This document shows positions 40,069 to 50,752 of a stretch of DNA of 64,000 bases, in pieces (the first letter of the stretch is position 1; every line of letters begins with the position of its first letter). Below the pieces are notes generated by a model. It was not told the DNA's origin. It was given only the letters and a program-made list of their open reading frames with translations, and did no database searches. Origin of the DNA: Waddliaceae bacterium (GTDB taxonomy: Bacteria > Chlamydiota > Chlamydiia > Chlamydiales > Waddliaceae). The translations under genes and the position numbers were made by a program. The DNA lies in assembly GCA_963724325.1 (NCBI GenBank), contig CAVRUH010000007.1, positions 192,001-256,000 of the forward strand, read 5' to 3'.

Positions 40069-40158
40069 TGCCGCTTGCGATCATGCATATCCTGTTATTC
40101 CCTAGGGAAACAGGATACGCATGATCGCAAGCGGCAGGATATGGAGGATAGGAAGAAA
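40069..40158. repeat. REP-like repeat, right part (remainder of the interrupted arm plus an inverted arm)
   Basis: tgccgcttgcgatcatgcatatcctgttattccct followed by agggaaacaggatacgcatgatcgcaagcggcaggatatggaggataggaagaaa. Confidence 0.9.
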
Positions 40159-40187
40159 GGAGATAGTGATATGTTTAAACTGCTTTT

Positions 40188-41369
40188 TTATATATTTTGA
40201 CCGGCGACTGATGCAAAGGCAACAATGGCATGATCTAGGTCTTCGCGGGAATGAGCCGCAGAAATCTGCGTGCGGATTCTTGCTTTGCCCATGGGAACCA
40301 CAGGATAGCTAAAACTAACCACATATACACCCTCAGCTAACATTTTAGTAGCAAACTCCTTCGCGACCTTGGCATCTCCAAGCATGACCGGAATAATAGG
40401 ATGTTCTCCAGGTACTAGATCGAATCCCAATGCAGTCATTTTTTCTCGGAAATAACTGCTGTTTTCCCGAAGCTTGGTACGCAAGTCGTTAGAAGCATCA
40501 AGCATGTCCAAAACCTTGATGGAGGCACTTGCAATTCCTGGGCAAAGAGTATTAGAAAATAGATAAGGGCGTGAACGCTGACGAAGCCATTCAATGATTT
40601 CCTTTCTCCCAGAAGTGTAACCTCCCGAAGCCCCTCCTAGGGCCTTCCCGAGCGTACCAGTAATGATATCAACGCGGTCAGCAACACCGCAAAATTCGGG
40701 CGTGCCCCGCCCTCTTTTACCGACGAATCCTACCGCATGCGAGTCATCTACCATGACCATGGCGTCATATTTGTCAGCTAGATCGCAAATTGCTTTGAGG
40801 TTAGCTATGATTCCATCCATAGAAAAAACGCCATCTGTAGCGATGAGTCTATAACGGGCATTTTTTGCCTCTTGTAGTTGTTTTTCAAGGTCGGCCATGT
40901 CATTATTTTTGTAGCGGAAGCGGTTAGCTTTGCAGAGTCGTATGCCGTCGATGATGCTGGCGTGGTTGAGTTCGTCACTAATGATGGCATCTTCAGCACC
41001 CAGGAGTGTTTCGAATAGTCCGCCATTCGCATCGAAGCAGGAGGAGTAGAGGATGGTGTCTTCGGTACCTAGGAATTCGGAGATTTTTCGTTCAAGCTGA
41101 TGGTGGATAGTCTGTGTTCCGCAGATAAACCTGACGGAAGAGAGGCCGAAGCCGAATTTTTTGAATCCTTCTTTTGCAGCTTCAATGACTTCGGAGTTGT
41201 TGGCGAGTCCTAGATAATTGTTAGAGCATAGATTAAGGACTTTTTTGCCATTGGTAATGGTGATATTTGCCTGTTGGGGGGAGGTAATTTCTCTTTCCTC
41301 TTTGTAGAGGCCATTGTTTTTGAGCTCATCAATTTGCGCCCTAAGGTATTCACTAAATGGTGTTTTCAT
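40188..41369 (-). CDS. kbl: Glycine C-acetyltransferase (2-amino-3-ketobutyrate CoA ligase)
   Basis: [52 protein letters not shown]. Confidence 0.95.
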   Translation of the reverse strand: MKTPFSEYLRAQIDELKNNGLYKEEREITSPQQANITITNGKKVLNLCSNNYLGLANNSEVIEAAKEGFKKFGFGLSSVRFICGTQTIHHQLERKISEFLGTEDTILYSSCFDANGGLFETLLGAEDAIISDELNHASIIDGIRLCKANRFRYKNNDMADLEKQLQEAKNARYRLIATDGVFSMDGIIANLKAICDLADKYDAMVMVDDSHAVGFVGKRGRGTPEFCGVADRVDIITGTLGKALGGASGGYTSGRKEIIEWLRQRSRPYLFSNTLCPGIASASIKVLDMLDASNDLRTKLRENSSYFREKMTALGFDLVPGEHPIIPVMLGDAKVAKEFATKMLAEGVYVVSFSYPVVPMGKARIRTQISAAHSREDLDHAIVAFASVAGQNI

Positions 41370-41492
41370 ATGCGAAATTATAAGGGATAACACTTTTTTC
41401 CGCCAAGGTTTTTATGAAAATTATATTAAAAAATGCTTGCTCTAATTTCTTCTCCTTGGTACCTTTATTTACCTAAATAGAGGAGTTATTTT

Positions 41493-42611
41493 ATGAAATT
41501 TGTGGTCACAACTCAAGAGCTCATTTATCTTATTAATAAATGTCAAAATATCGTCTCGGCAAAACCAACGATGCCTATCCTTGCCAATATTCTCATTAAA
41601 GCATCCGGCAACGAACTGACTGTCACCGCTACCGACTTAACCGTAGGTGTCTGTTGCAGTGTCGAAGCAAAAATTCTCGAAGAGGGGTCGACTACTCTTC
41701 CAGCAAAAAAATTCGCTGCACTAGCAAGAGAGCTCACTTCTCTTAATGTTGAAGTAACCACCAATGAACGCCATGTCACTGAAGTTAATGCCGATGCCTC
41801 CCGGTTTAAACTCAATGGGATGAGCCCTGCGCAATTTCCAGCCCTTCCCGATCTCGAGAGTGCAATGCCCATCAAAATTGCCCAAAAGCAATTGAAGGAA
41901 ATGTTTTACCGAACCGCATTCGCAGTCTCACGTGAAGATAATCGTTATACATTGACCGGCGTCTACCTCCAAATAGGGGGCGGAAAAGCCATTTTTGTAG
42001 GAACCGACGGTAAGCGACTTGCCAAAAATGAGATGACGATTTCATTAGATCCCTCATTTACCGGTTCTTTTATTATTCCACTTAAGGCCGTAGAGGAAAT
42101 TCTGAAAAATTTAGAAGATGAAGGGGATGTGACCTTGTACCTCATGCCTGATAAGATTGCAATTGAGACAGAAAGCACTATTCTTATCACTAAACTTCTT
42201 ACAGGTGAATTCCCGGACTATAATCACTTTATCCCAGAGAAATCTAATGCCATGGTTACTCTCCATCGCGAAGAACTATCGACGCTCCTCCGCCAGGTAG
42301 CTCTCTTTTCCCCTGAGGGTCTTATGTCATCGGTCCGCCTTTCTTTTGCTGATGGAGAACTTAAGCTCGATGCTAATGCGGCTGACGTGGGAGAGGGAAA
42401 GGTAAGCATGCCGGCCAATTATTCAGGCCAAGAGCTGCATATTGCTTTTAACCCGCACTTCTTCTTAGATATTCTTCGTTATACCAAAGGGGAAACGGTG
42501 AATTTGGGGCTAACAGACTCTTTTAATCCCGGCATTATTACCGAAACAGTGGCGGAAGATCAGATTTCCCCTTTGTTTGTGCTCATGCCGATGAGGCTGA
42601 GCGAAGTGTAA
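41493..42611 (+). CDS. dnaN: DNA polymerase III beta sliding clamp
   Basis: ATDL, GTDGKRLA, GEFPDY, AFNPHF, VLMPMRL. Confidence 0.97.
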   Translation: MKFVVTTQELIYLINKCQNIVSAKPTMPILANILIKASGNELTVTATDLTVGVCCSVEAKILEEGSTTLPAKKFAALARELTSLNVEVTTNERHVTEVNADASRFKLNGMSPAQFPALPDLESAMPIKIAQKQLKEMFYRTAFAVSREDNRYTLTGVYLQIGGGKAIFVGTDGKRLAKNEMTISLDPSFTGSFIIPLKAVEEILKNLEDEGDVTLYLMPDKIAIETESTILITKLLTGEFPDYNHFIPEKSNAMVTLHREELSTLLRQVALFSPEGLMSSVRLSFADGELKLDANAADVGEGKVSMPANYSGQELHIAFNPHFFLDILRYTKGETVNLGLTDSFNPGIITETVAEDQISPLFVLMPMRLSEV

Positions 42612-42612
42612 T

Positions 42613-43674
42613 ATGCGTCTGGCTTCACTTAGACTTAGAAATGTCCGTGTTCATTCCGATTCATTGATTCAGTTTGAGCCGGGCATCAATTTGATCCATG
42701 GGCCGAACGCTGCCGGCAAAACCACCATATTAGAAGCCATACACATGCTCATGATTGGCAGGTCATTCCGTACTTCGCAATCAGCTGATTTGATCAGTCA
42801 GGGGACAACAGGGCTCCAAATTGAAGCCAAGTTAACAAAGCATGATGTCGAGCAGGAACTCAAGTTAACTTTCGATGGAAAAGAACGGACGATCTACCAA
42901 AATAATACTCCGATCCGAAAGCTTACAAACTTATTTGGGATCATTCAGGGGGTTGTGATGACACCAGATGATGTTGTATTGATTAAGGGAGGGCCTAGCG
43001 GTCGCAGGGGATATTTGGATGTTCAGTTATCGCAGACCGATCCTGCCTATTTGGCGCATTTAAGCAGGTATGTGAGGGCGACGCGTCAGAGAAATCATTT
43101 GTTGAAGTCTGGTGACATTTCCACCATTGAAAGCTGGGAAACCGAGATGGCTGGTGCAGCTGCTTACATTGTGTGCCAGCGTTACGCAGCTGTTCACGAT
43201 CTTAAAAAGTTAGTCCGAGAGCTATATTATTCTTTGTCGAAAGAAACTAAGGAAATGGATATCAGTTATCATTCAGCGGCACCACAAGATACTGAGGCAG
43301 TAATCCGTCAGCATTATTTGGAGAAATACAACACGCTCCGATCCAAAGAGATTGAACGAGGAATGACCCTTTCAGGGCCGCATCGAGATGATTTAATTGT
43401 GACAATTGGTGGAATGGATGCCCGTCATTTTGCAAGTGAAGGCCAGCAAAGAAGTTCTACGGCAACGCTGAAGCTGGCTGAATGGGAAAGAATGCGTCAA
43501 CTGACGCAAATTATTCCGTTAATGCTCATAGATGACGTTGGTGTGAGCCTTGATGAGTCGCGCCGCAGGCGTCTTTTCGAGCTTATAGGCGGCCTAGGGC
43601 AGGTCTTCCTCACCGGCACCGAAGGTGCTGTGCCTGGGATGAAAACACATAGTCTCAACCTGCAGTGTGGATAA
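42613..43674 (+). CDS. recF: DNA replication/repair protein RecF
   Basis: GPNAAGKTT, GRSFRT, GPHRDD, ASEGQQR, LIDDV; follows dnaN. Confidence 0.96.
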   Translation: MRLASLRLRNVRVHSDSLIQFEPGINLIHGPNAAGKTTILEAIHMLMIGRSFRTSQSADLISQGTTGLQIEAKLTKHDVEQELKLTFDGKERTIYQNNTPIRKLTNLFGIIQGVVMTPDDVVLIKGGPSGRRGYLDVQLSQTDPAYLAHLSRYVRATRQRNHLLKSGDISTIESWETEMAGAAAYIVCQRYAAVHDLKKLVRELYYSLSKETKEMDISYHSAAPQDTEAVIRQHYLEKYNTLRSKEIERGMTLSGPHRDDLIVTIGGMDARHFASEGQQRSSTATLKLAEWERMRQLTQIIPLMLIDDVGVSLDESRRRRLFELIGGLGQVFLTGTEGAVPGMKTHSLNLQCG

Positions 43675-45012
43675 CTATTTTGTCAAAATTGGAAATCGAC
43701 TTGCAAAATACAATGGGTAGCTGTGGACACTATTGCGTTGATCGATTTTAAATGGACGGCCACTCATGATCGTTCGATATTTTGATGAGTATTTTTCCAC
43801 AAATTTTTGTAGGCTTGCAGCATGGGTGACATTACCTGATTTCACTTCTATGGGCAAAATATCGCCGTCAATATTCTCTAACAAATTCCACTTCAGAGCG
43901 TCCGTCTTGCCAGGTATATAGTTCCTTGCAGTTCGTACTGAAAAATTCTTGTGCAATAAAATTCTCTGCAAAATAGCCTTTATAGGTTCCATATTGATAT
44001 TCTAAAATAGTCTTAGGGGCAAGACCGCTTAAAGCCCCAAGCATCCCAACATCAAAAACAAATAATTTAAAACGACCTTCCTCAGTATAAGCGGAAAGGG
44101 GATGTTCAGCGGTTTGGATGATTGGTATTTTGAATATTAGTCCAGCATTTTCAAGCCAATCAAAAACATTTGCAAGCCTGCTGTAGCGATCTATTCCTTC
44201 AATACAATGCCATAAATTGATATCTTTTTGATGAACCATCAACAGTGCTTGCCAATTGATTCGGGATGGAACGCCAAATTCGATCGATATGCATGGCATT
44301 GACTTTTCCGGAGTGTTTAGCAATATCGGCATAATAATCAGAGAGCAATTGAGTTTGTTTTTCACGAACTTTTTCGAAAGCTACAAATAAATTTTCTTTA
44401 TTATCAATAAAGATCTGAACAGCTTCGGGCAAACCCCCGACAATAAAATACCATTTCAAACGTTCCCAAATGCGATCATGCACTAAGAGTTGGGATAACA
44501 GTGTCTAGTCTCGCAGGATTCAATTAAATCAGCGGATAAATTCTCATCGATAGCTCGCAAAAATTCGACAAAAGTTAAGTGGATATAAATAACCTGTTTG
44601 AATTTTTCCAACGGGATACGATTCATGATTGAGTCAAACCCCAAGTAGCGATCCGGCACAACAAAGTGCTAGTTCGGGCATGTCTTCTTGAAAATATTTC
44701 AAGCTTGTTAAGGCTCTTGGGATAGCTTGAATTTCATCAAATATGACCAGATCATTTTTCACATCAATTGGGTCTGTTCTGATGAAAGCTGAGTTGATCG
44801 ATAAGATGATGTGGATCCAAATTCGATTCAAATATCTTGGCAAGTTCAGGCTCTTTCTCAAAATTAAAATAGTGTATATTTGGGAATTCGTTCGCGCCAA
44901 AATGTTTGAGTAAGTAGGTTTTTCCGCATTGGCGAACTCCACGTAGCATCAATGGCTTTTTGTGACCACTTGCTTTCCATTCTTGCAGACTTTGATAAAA
45001 TTGTCTCTTCAT
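43675..45012 (-). pseudogene. AAA_14/DUF4143 ATP-binding protein, multiply frameshifted
   Basis: Five fragments carrying GVRQCGKT, IFDEIQ, GGLPEAV, FDVGML/ENFIAQE and PIEVKSG in the expected order. Confidence 0.9.
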
Positions 45013-45013
45013 A

Positions 45014-45084
45014 CTTGCAATTATCGTCAATTTTGACGGAAATTGCAAGCAAAAATCGTCAATTTATGACGGAAATTGCAAGCA
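45014..45084. promoter_or_regulatory. Duplicated dyad motif immediately upstream of the AAA pseudogene (operator-like)
   Basis: atcgtcaattt(a)tgacggaaattgcaagca occurs twice. The first copy forms the dyad cttgcaatt..cgtcaa/ttgacg..aattgcaag. Confidence 0.5.
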
Positions 45085-45096
45085 GCCCGGGTATTG

Positions 45097-46440
45097 TTAA
45101 TCCAGGGAGCTTATGCCAAAGGGGGTGAGGGAGAAGCAGAGTTTATCGTTATGCTTGCCGGTTTTTACCATCCCACACTGAAATAACCTGTTAAATATCG
45201 TGTTTCGAACCACTTCGATGTCCCTATCAGTATATTTAGGCAAAATGTATCTCCATCTTTTCCCAGTACATTGCAAAAATACAGGTTGAGCATCGCCTAT
45301 CGGTGAGGTAAAACCCTTCATAAAATCGTCAAAGTAAATCCAACCGCTCTTCATCACTTGTTTCAAACTTTTTTCTGTAGATCGAACATCTTTATCCTGA
45401 ATATGTGATCCGGAAAACCTATAGAGATACATCGCCTGCTCCTTCAGAGGTTTTTTTATCCATTCGTCCGAAGCATCTGTAGGGAGCAATCTATTTTTAT
45501 CTACCGAAGCAAGCCCCATTGTCACAAGCATGTCGATAAGGTCTTGTATGTAGCGAGGTTCTTTTTCGTGGGGTATATACTTCCCTACCATGGTCATTTG
45601 CAAATTTTCCACATCTTGAGCTGCAAGAAGGGCACGCGTCATATCCTCAACGAAACCAAATTCCTCGGAATGAGTTTGTACGATTTTCTCCACATCCTTA
45701 ATTTGTACAGGTGTGGTCTCGTTTTGAAATTGCAGATACTTTTTCCATTCATAGAATGGAGTAATTACTTCTTCCCATTTACCTGCATTTTGGTTGTAAC
45801 TTAAGCAACATACGAAATTGAATTCTAAAATGAGTAGATACTCCTCAAGTTCTATTCTTGACAGTGAATATTTCTCCAAAAGAGAGTGGCACCAAAGTTT
45901 TAAATCGGGAGATTGATACAAATCATCCATAATTTGACGGAGAATGGGTTCGTCAAACGTCAGGTCGTCTAAATACCTTTGATAGATTTTAGGGGTTTGA
46001 AAAAATTTTTCGACGATCGAGCTAAATATGTCATTTGAGGTTTTTGAAATGGGATACCACTGAGGAAGTACGTGTATTGGAACTTTGTTTAAAAGGCTGC
46101 GGAGGAATTCGAAATCGGCATGGAAGTCGTCATCAAATTTTTCAATTTGGAATTCGTAGTATTTTCGCATTTCCTTGTTAACATCAATAATGTCTTTATT
46201 GACTGTAAGAAGGTTCATTTTATTGAGTTTTTCGAGGGCGGGATCTAACTTTTTTCTGGTTGTATTTAAGTTATCCAGAAGATGATCAACTTCAATTCTT
46301 ACTGAGCTAAGGAGTATTTCTTTTATTACATCGACTTCAAATACAGATAAATCTGCCATAAGTAGCCTATTCTCAATATCTTGCACATAAGGGTAATCGG
46401 CTAGTAGAACCCGATTTTTTTTAATAATGCTCTGATTCAT
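45097..46440 (-). CDS. Conserved hypothetical protein
   Basis: 447-aa ORF; no motif recognised. Confidence 0.75.
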   Translation of the reverse strand: MNQSIIKKNRVLLADYPYVQDIENRLLMADLSVFEVDVIKEILLSSVRIEVDHLLDNLNTTRKKLDPALEKLNKMNLLTVNKDIIDVNKEMRKYYEFQIEKFDDDFHADFEFLRSLLNKVPIHVLPQWYPISKTSNDIFSSIVEKFFQTPKIYQRYLDDLTFDEPILRQIMDDLYQSPDLKLWCHSLLEKYSLSRIELEEYLLILEFNFVCCLSYNQNAGKWEEVITPFYEWKKYLQFQNETTPVQIKDVEKIVQTHSEEFGFVEDMTRALLAAQDVENLQMTMVGKYIPHEKEPRYIQDLIDMLVTMGLASVDKNRLLPTDASDEWIKKPLKEQAMYLYRFSGSHIQDKDVRSTEKSLKQVMKSGWIYFDDFMKGFTSPIGDAQPVFLQCTGKRWRYILPKYTDRDIEVVRNTIFNRLFQCGMVKTGKHNDKLCFSLTPFGISSLD

Positions 46441-46606
46441 AACATTTTCCCCTGGTATTTTTAAAATTACATTACCTATTCATTGCTGATTATAATATGA
46501 AGTTGTCATTTTTGTCTATTTTAAACGTTCAACTGCATAAAAATATTATTTTATAAATATTATAAAATAATTTATAATGAGGCTAACAAGGGAAGGAGGT
46601 ATTTAG

Positions 46607-46978
46607 ATGAAGGTGAATAGTCAAGGTGGGTTCGAGCCTATATTACCTGATCGCAATAAAGAGATTAAGATGGTGCAACCAGAGGTACATCAATTGCCAG
46701 CTTCTTCTGGCGCTGAAAACAGAAGCATCGAACTGCCGCAATGGGTAGTAAAAGATTTAGAAAATTTGGCTCTAGCCATTGCAGAAAATGCAAAAACATC
46801 CTCTGAAAGTAAACTAGAACCATACGAAGCATATGCTGCAGGTGTCAAAGAACAAATATTTTCAAAAACACCAGGAAGGTTCGAAAAGGGTTATCAAGCT
46901 CTTATGGAGCAGATTCAGAAAGAAGAAATGGCTCGTTCGGACGAGGATAAACCTCCACCCGGAGCGGTAATCATATAA
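46607..46978 (+). CDS. Hypothetical protein upstream of a SycD-like chaperone (candidate T3SS substrate)
   Basis: AGGAGG RBS; 123 aa. Confidence 0.7.
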   Translation: MKVNSQGGFEPILPDRNKEIKMVQPEVHQLPASSGAENRSIELPQWVVKDLENLALAIAENAKTSSESKLEPYEAYAAGVKEQIFSKTPGRFEKGYQALMEQIQKEEMARSDEDKPPPGAVII

Positions 46979-47023
46979 TTCGTAGCCCGTTTTTTCCCAA
47001 AGCAGGGGAGCGTTGGAGTATTT

Positions 47024-47515
47024 ATGGAATATATGGAAGGATTTGAAATCCCAAAAGAGGCCTTTGAAAAGCTAAAGGATCCTGATCTAGTAAAACGACA
47101 GGTTAGCGAAGGACGAACGTTCCAAGAAATCCTGGAGTATACGCAGGAAAAAATGGATAAGTTTTATGAGATTGCCCGTAATTTATTTGCAGTGGAAGAG
47201 TACGAGAAGGCCTCGGATGCATTTATTTTTCTTACTACATTGAATCCCTACATGCACAGTTATTGGTTGGGATTGGGGATGACAGAACAACTTAAGGGTG
47301 ACTATCAAGGAGCGTTGTTGGCCTATTCTATGGCTATTTTAACGGAGTTGGATAGTCCTTTGCCGCACTATCATTCAGCTTCGTGTTATATCGCTTTGAA
47401 CGACAAAGCGAGTGCAATGAATTCTCTTAAAGCAGCATTAGAGTTTGCAGAACGCGATGATAAGCACCGCGACCTCTACAAACATGTCCAAGTGGCCTTG
47501 CAAAGGCTAACATAA
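47024..47515 (+). CDS. SycD/LcrH-family TPR type III secretion chaperone
   Basis: FIFLTTLNP..YWLGLG..YQGALLAYSMA..PLPHYHSASCY pattern. Confidence 0.8.
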   Translation: MEYMEGFEIPKEAFEKLKDPDLVKRQVSEGRTFQEILEYTQEKMDKFYEIARNLFAVEEYEKASDAFIFLTTLNPYMHSYWLGLGMTEQLKGDYQGALLAYSMAILTELDSPLPHYHSASCYIALNDKASAMNSLKAALEFAERDDKHRDLYKHVQVALQRLT

Positions 47516-47658
47516 AGGTATTATATTATCTCTGCGATATCAATCATACGGAAAAAATAGCGACTATTTAATAGCGCGTCAGAGGCTGGCCCAATGACTT
47601 CGATGCCTAATTCACGCCGGCGCATCTTGACTTCGCAGATATAAAGTGTATTCGACCG

Positions 47659-47704
47659 TTTATCCTGCTCAAAATGAGAATTTCACCATCTTGAGCAGGA
47701 TAAA
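47659..47704. terminator. Intergenic hairpin (14-bp perfect outer stem)
   Basis: tttatcctgctcaa ... ttgagcaggataaa. Confidence 0.4.
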
Positions 47705-47778
47705 TAAATGTATTATAAATTTCCTTGAGGATATTTTTGGTCAATGCTAATATGTATATGTTTAACAAAGGTGTATAT

Positions 47779-48705
47779 ATGTTTGCAAGCAACGATCAAC
47801 CAGCATTTGACAAAACAGCATGGAATAAATTCCCCGAGAAATTCCAAGATGATTTAAACACCATCTACTTTGACAAAGACTTATATGAGGGAGAGGACTG
47901 GGAAATACCTCGGACGAATTCTGGGATGTGTTTTTTCCCAAAGTATTATGAACAACAATTGCAAGTGGACATTCAAGCATTGGGAAATATTTATCCACCA
48001 CTTCTTGAAAGGATAACTACATACTATCGACATATCATTCGCGCATCAGCTTCCAGTTATTGTATTGGATATACTCTTGCTGATGCAACAAGCCTTTATG
48101 TACGAATGAATCCTCTTTTAGTTAAAGAGCAGAATGCAGAAATTTATATAAAACCCCTTATGAAATTAATTTGTCCTGATGACCCTTTGGAAGTGGCTGG
48201 TAAAATTCTTGTTGAATTTAATGCTTATCACAATAAGTTTAATTTTGCCTGTCCTAACGAAAATCTCATTTTGGAACTTGGTGCTCTTGCCAAAGAAACT
48301 ATCAATTGCCTCAAGAAAAATCCCAGTGTAATATACGTTGAGAAATTGCTTACTGCAATGCATGTATGTAAGAAGGATGGCAACCCTCTAATCACAGATA
48401 ATGCGCGCAATAAATTCATTTATCACATCTTAAAATCAGAAGGACAGCCCAGTCTTCAAAAAGAAAGAGAGTTTATAAAAAAATGGGTTGTGCACCAAGA
48501 GTGTAGAACCCCCTTTATAAGGACGCTTAGATCAGTGGCACGCTTAGCTTTAGATTTTCTGATGCGTAAAAAACTTGATGACAATGAGGCTGAATCCGAA
48601 GATACACAGAAAATTTTGATGAAGCATCTTAGCACCCGTGGGAGAGCAATATATCAAGGAATGGATGATTGCGAAGAGGAGATCGATAATGAAAAAACTT
48701 TATAA
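47779..48705 (+). CDS. Hypothetical protein
   Basis: About 308-aa ORF overlapping the ppa start. Confidence 0.65.
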   Translation: MFASNDQPAFDKTAWNKFPEKFQDDLNTIYFDKDLYEGEDWEIPRTNSGMCFFPKYYEQQLQVDIQALGNIYPPLLERITTYYRHIIRASASSYCIGYTLADATSLYVRMNPLLVKEQNAEIYIKPLMKLICPDDPLEVAGKILVEFNAYHNKFNFACPNENLILELGALAKETINCLKKNPSVIYVEKLLTAMHVCKKDGNPLITDNARNKFIYHILKSEGQPSLQKEREFIKKWVVHQECRTPFIRTLRSVARLALDFLMRKKLDDNEAESEDTQKILMKHLSTRGRAIYQGMDDCEEEIDNEKTL

Positions 48706-49351
48706 AAACGATGAAAAACTGCCTAATGGCAAGACAGATAAGGTGCAATATCGCTCGCATCCTTGGCATGGATTGATCTTAGGCGAGGAATCTCCTGAAG
48801 TTGTCAATTGTTATATCGAAATGGTACCTACGGACACTGTTAAATATGAGCTGGACAAAACTACGGGACTTTTAAAAGTGGATAGACCGCAAAAATATTC
48901 GAGCCTCTGTCCTACATTGTATGGATTTTTGCCTCAAACGCACTGCGGAGACCTTGTCGCCGGCCACTGCATTAAAAAGACTGGGAAAAAAGATGTTGTG
49001 GGTGATAATGACCCTATGGATATCTGTGTTTTGACGGAAAATGTCATCCCTCGTGGTGACATCTTTTTGAGGGCGCATCCTATTGGGGGATTTCGCCTGA
49101 TAGACGGGGGTGAAGCAGATGATAAGATCATTGCGGTGTTATTAGGCGATTTTGTTTATGGAAAGATTCGGGATATTCAGGGGCTCCACGAAGGTTTAGT
49201 GGAACGGCTGCGCCATTACTTTTTGACCTACAAGGATGCACCTGAGAGGATAAATAGCAAAGTTCAAATCACACACATTTATGGCGCTGAAGAAGCTCAT
49301 GAGGTAATCCGTCTTTCACATCAGGATTACCTCAATAAGTTTACCAGTTAA
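48689..49351 (+). CDS. ppa: Inorganic pyrophosphatase (family I)
   Basis: [43 protein letters not shown] before 48689. Confidence 0.95.
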   Translation: MKKLYKNDEKLPNGKTDKVQYRSHPWHGLILGEESPEVVNCYIEMVPTDTVKYELDKTTGLLKVDRPQKYSSLCPTLYGFLPQTHCGDLVAGHCIKKTGKKDVVGDNDPMDICVLTENVIPRGDIFLRAHPIGGFRLIDGGEADDKIIAVLLGDFVYGKIRDIQGLHEGLVERLRHYFLTYKDAPERINSKVQITHIYGAEEAHEVIRLSHQDYLNKFTS

Positions 49352-50363
49352 GAATGACTTTTCCGCAGCTGCCGGATAGCATGGCTTGGAAACCTTTTTC
49401 AAAGTCGTCAATGTCGTAATGATGCGTGATCAATGGTTTTAAATCCAAACCAGCTTCGATCAAATGGACCATCTGATACCAGGTTGAAAATATCTCTCTT
49501 CCGTAAATTCCTTTAATATTGAGCATCTTGAAGATAACCAGATCCCAATCAATTGAGGTATTTGGCGGCAAGATTCCAAGGAGGGCAATTTTTGCTCCGG
49601 GCTGGGCCATTTCAAGCATAGAATTAAAGGCTTCGGCATTACCAGACATTTCCAGTCCAACAGTAAAACCTTCATGGATGCCTAGAGTCTTCATTACCTC
49701 TTTTAATGACGTTTTTGCTACGTTTACTGTGGTTTTGGCTCCCATAGTTTTAGCTAACTCTAAGCGGTAGTCATTGACATCGGTAATAACCACGTTACGG
49801 GCTCCGGCTTTCTTGGCGATTGCAGCTGCCATCATCCCAATAGGGCCAGCACCTGTGATAAGGACGTCTTCCCCCGTCAGAGGAAATGATAGGGCTGTAT
49901 GGACAGCGTTGCCGTACGGATCAAAGATAGCAGCGAGATCGTCTTCAATTTGAGGGGGGATAAGAAATGCATTTTCTGCCGGAAGGCTTAGATATTCGGC
50001 AAATGAGCCGTTTGTTTTGACTCCTACGCCAATTGTATTGGGACAGAGATGTTTTAGTCCTTTTCTGCAGTTAATGCAGGTGTTGCAGACCAGGTGGCCT
50101 TCGCCGCTGACTCGGTCGCCAACCTTGAAATCTTTGACGTTTTTGCCTACTTTTTCGATGACACCGACGAATTCGTGACCTATTGTTGTGTTCAGCGGTA
50201 CCATTTTTTGAGCCCATGGGCCCCATTTGTAGATGTTTATGTCGGTTCCGCAGATAGAGGATTTTTTAATTTTGATGAGAACGTCATTATCGGAAATGGT
50301 AGGCATGGGGACGTCTTGCATCCAAATACCTTGAGTTGCTTCTTTTTTTACTAGTGCTTTCAT
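49341..50363 (-). CDS. tdh: L-threonine 3-dehydrogenase
   Basis: ICGTD, GHEFVG, RVSGEGH, CxxCxxC, GAGPIG, KGIYGRE, GKVILNW. Confidence 0.95.
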   Translation of the reverse strand: MKALVKKEATQGIWMQDVPMPTISDNDVLIKIKKSSICGTDINIYKWGPWAQKMVPLNTTIGHEFVGVIEKVGKNVKDFKVGDRVSGEGHLVCNTCINCRKGLKHLCPNTIGVGVKTNGSFAEYLSLPAENAFLIPPQIEDDLAAIFDPYGNAVHTALSFPLTGEDVLITGAGPIGMMAAAIAKKAGARNVVITDVNDYRLELAKTMGAKTTVNVAKTSLKEVMKTLGIHEGFTVGLEMSGNAEAFNSMLEMAQPGAKIALLGILPPNTSIDWDLVIFKMLNIKGIYGREIFSTWYQMVHLIEAGLDLKPLITHHYDIDDFEKGFQAMLSGSCGKVILNW

Positions 50364-50475
50364 TTTTTTGCCTCCAAATTATTATTTATGGAAGACCATT
50401 ATACAGAATTGTAGAATTTAAATCAATGTCATTGACCTGTAGTCATGCCGGGTCCATGACAAAACTATAAAAACA

Positions 50476-50700
50476 AGGCGCGAATCGCATTTCAAAAAAC
50501 TTTTTACAACGCAAAGGAGCAAAAGGAGCGAAGGCGCAAAGGAAGAAAGAATGGATGCTTTAACCTACAATGTCATTATTGAAAAAAAAAATTATTGCAA
50601 AACCAGAGCTTAGGTAAAACATCCGTCCTTTCTTACTTTGCGCCATTGCGCCTTTTGCTCCTTTGCGTTGTAAATAATTTTTGAAATGCGACTCGAGCCT
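50476..50700. repeat. 225-bp MITE-like element with ~90-bp imperfect inverted arms
   Basis: aggcgcgaatcgcatttcaaaaa...caacgcaaaggagcaaaagg pairs with ccttttgctcctttgcgttg...tttttgaaatgcgactcgagcct. Confidence 0.85.
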
Positions 50701-50724
50701 GCATTAGAAAAGTTTGGATGAACT

Positions 50725-50749
50725 TATGGCCACTCTTGCGGTGGCCATA
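50725..50749 (-). terminator. Hairpin directly after the sctD stop
   Basis: tatggccac-7nt-gtggccata. Confidence 0.5.
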
Positions 50750-50752
50750 CTG

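Noticed and set aside
38067..40312. Short ORFs 38067-38276 and 40121-40312
   Set aside because: They run across the REP-like arms and overlap real genes.
41394..43674. Replication origin near dnaN-recF
   Set aside because: No dnaA or gyrB is adjacent and no DnaA-box cluster was seen; dnaN-recF separate from dnaA is normal in chlamydiae.
47516..47660. Possible ncRNA (tmRNA, SRP or 6S) in a slightly GC-richer intergenic patch
   Set aside because: No recognisable conserved termini or motifs. An Rfam/Infernal scan would be needed.
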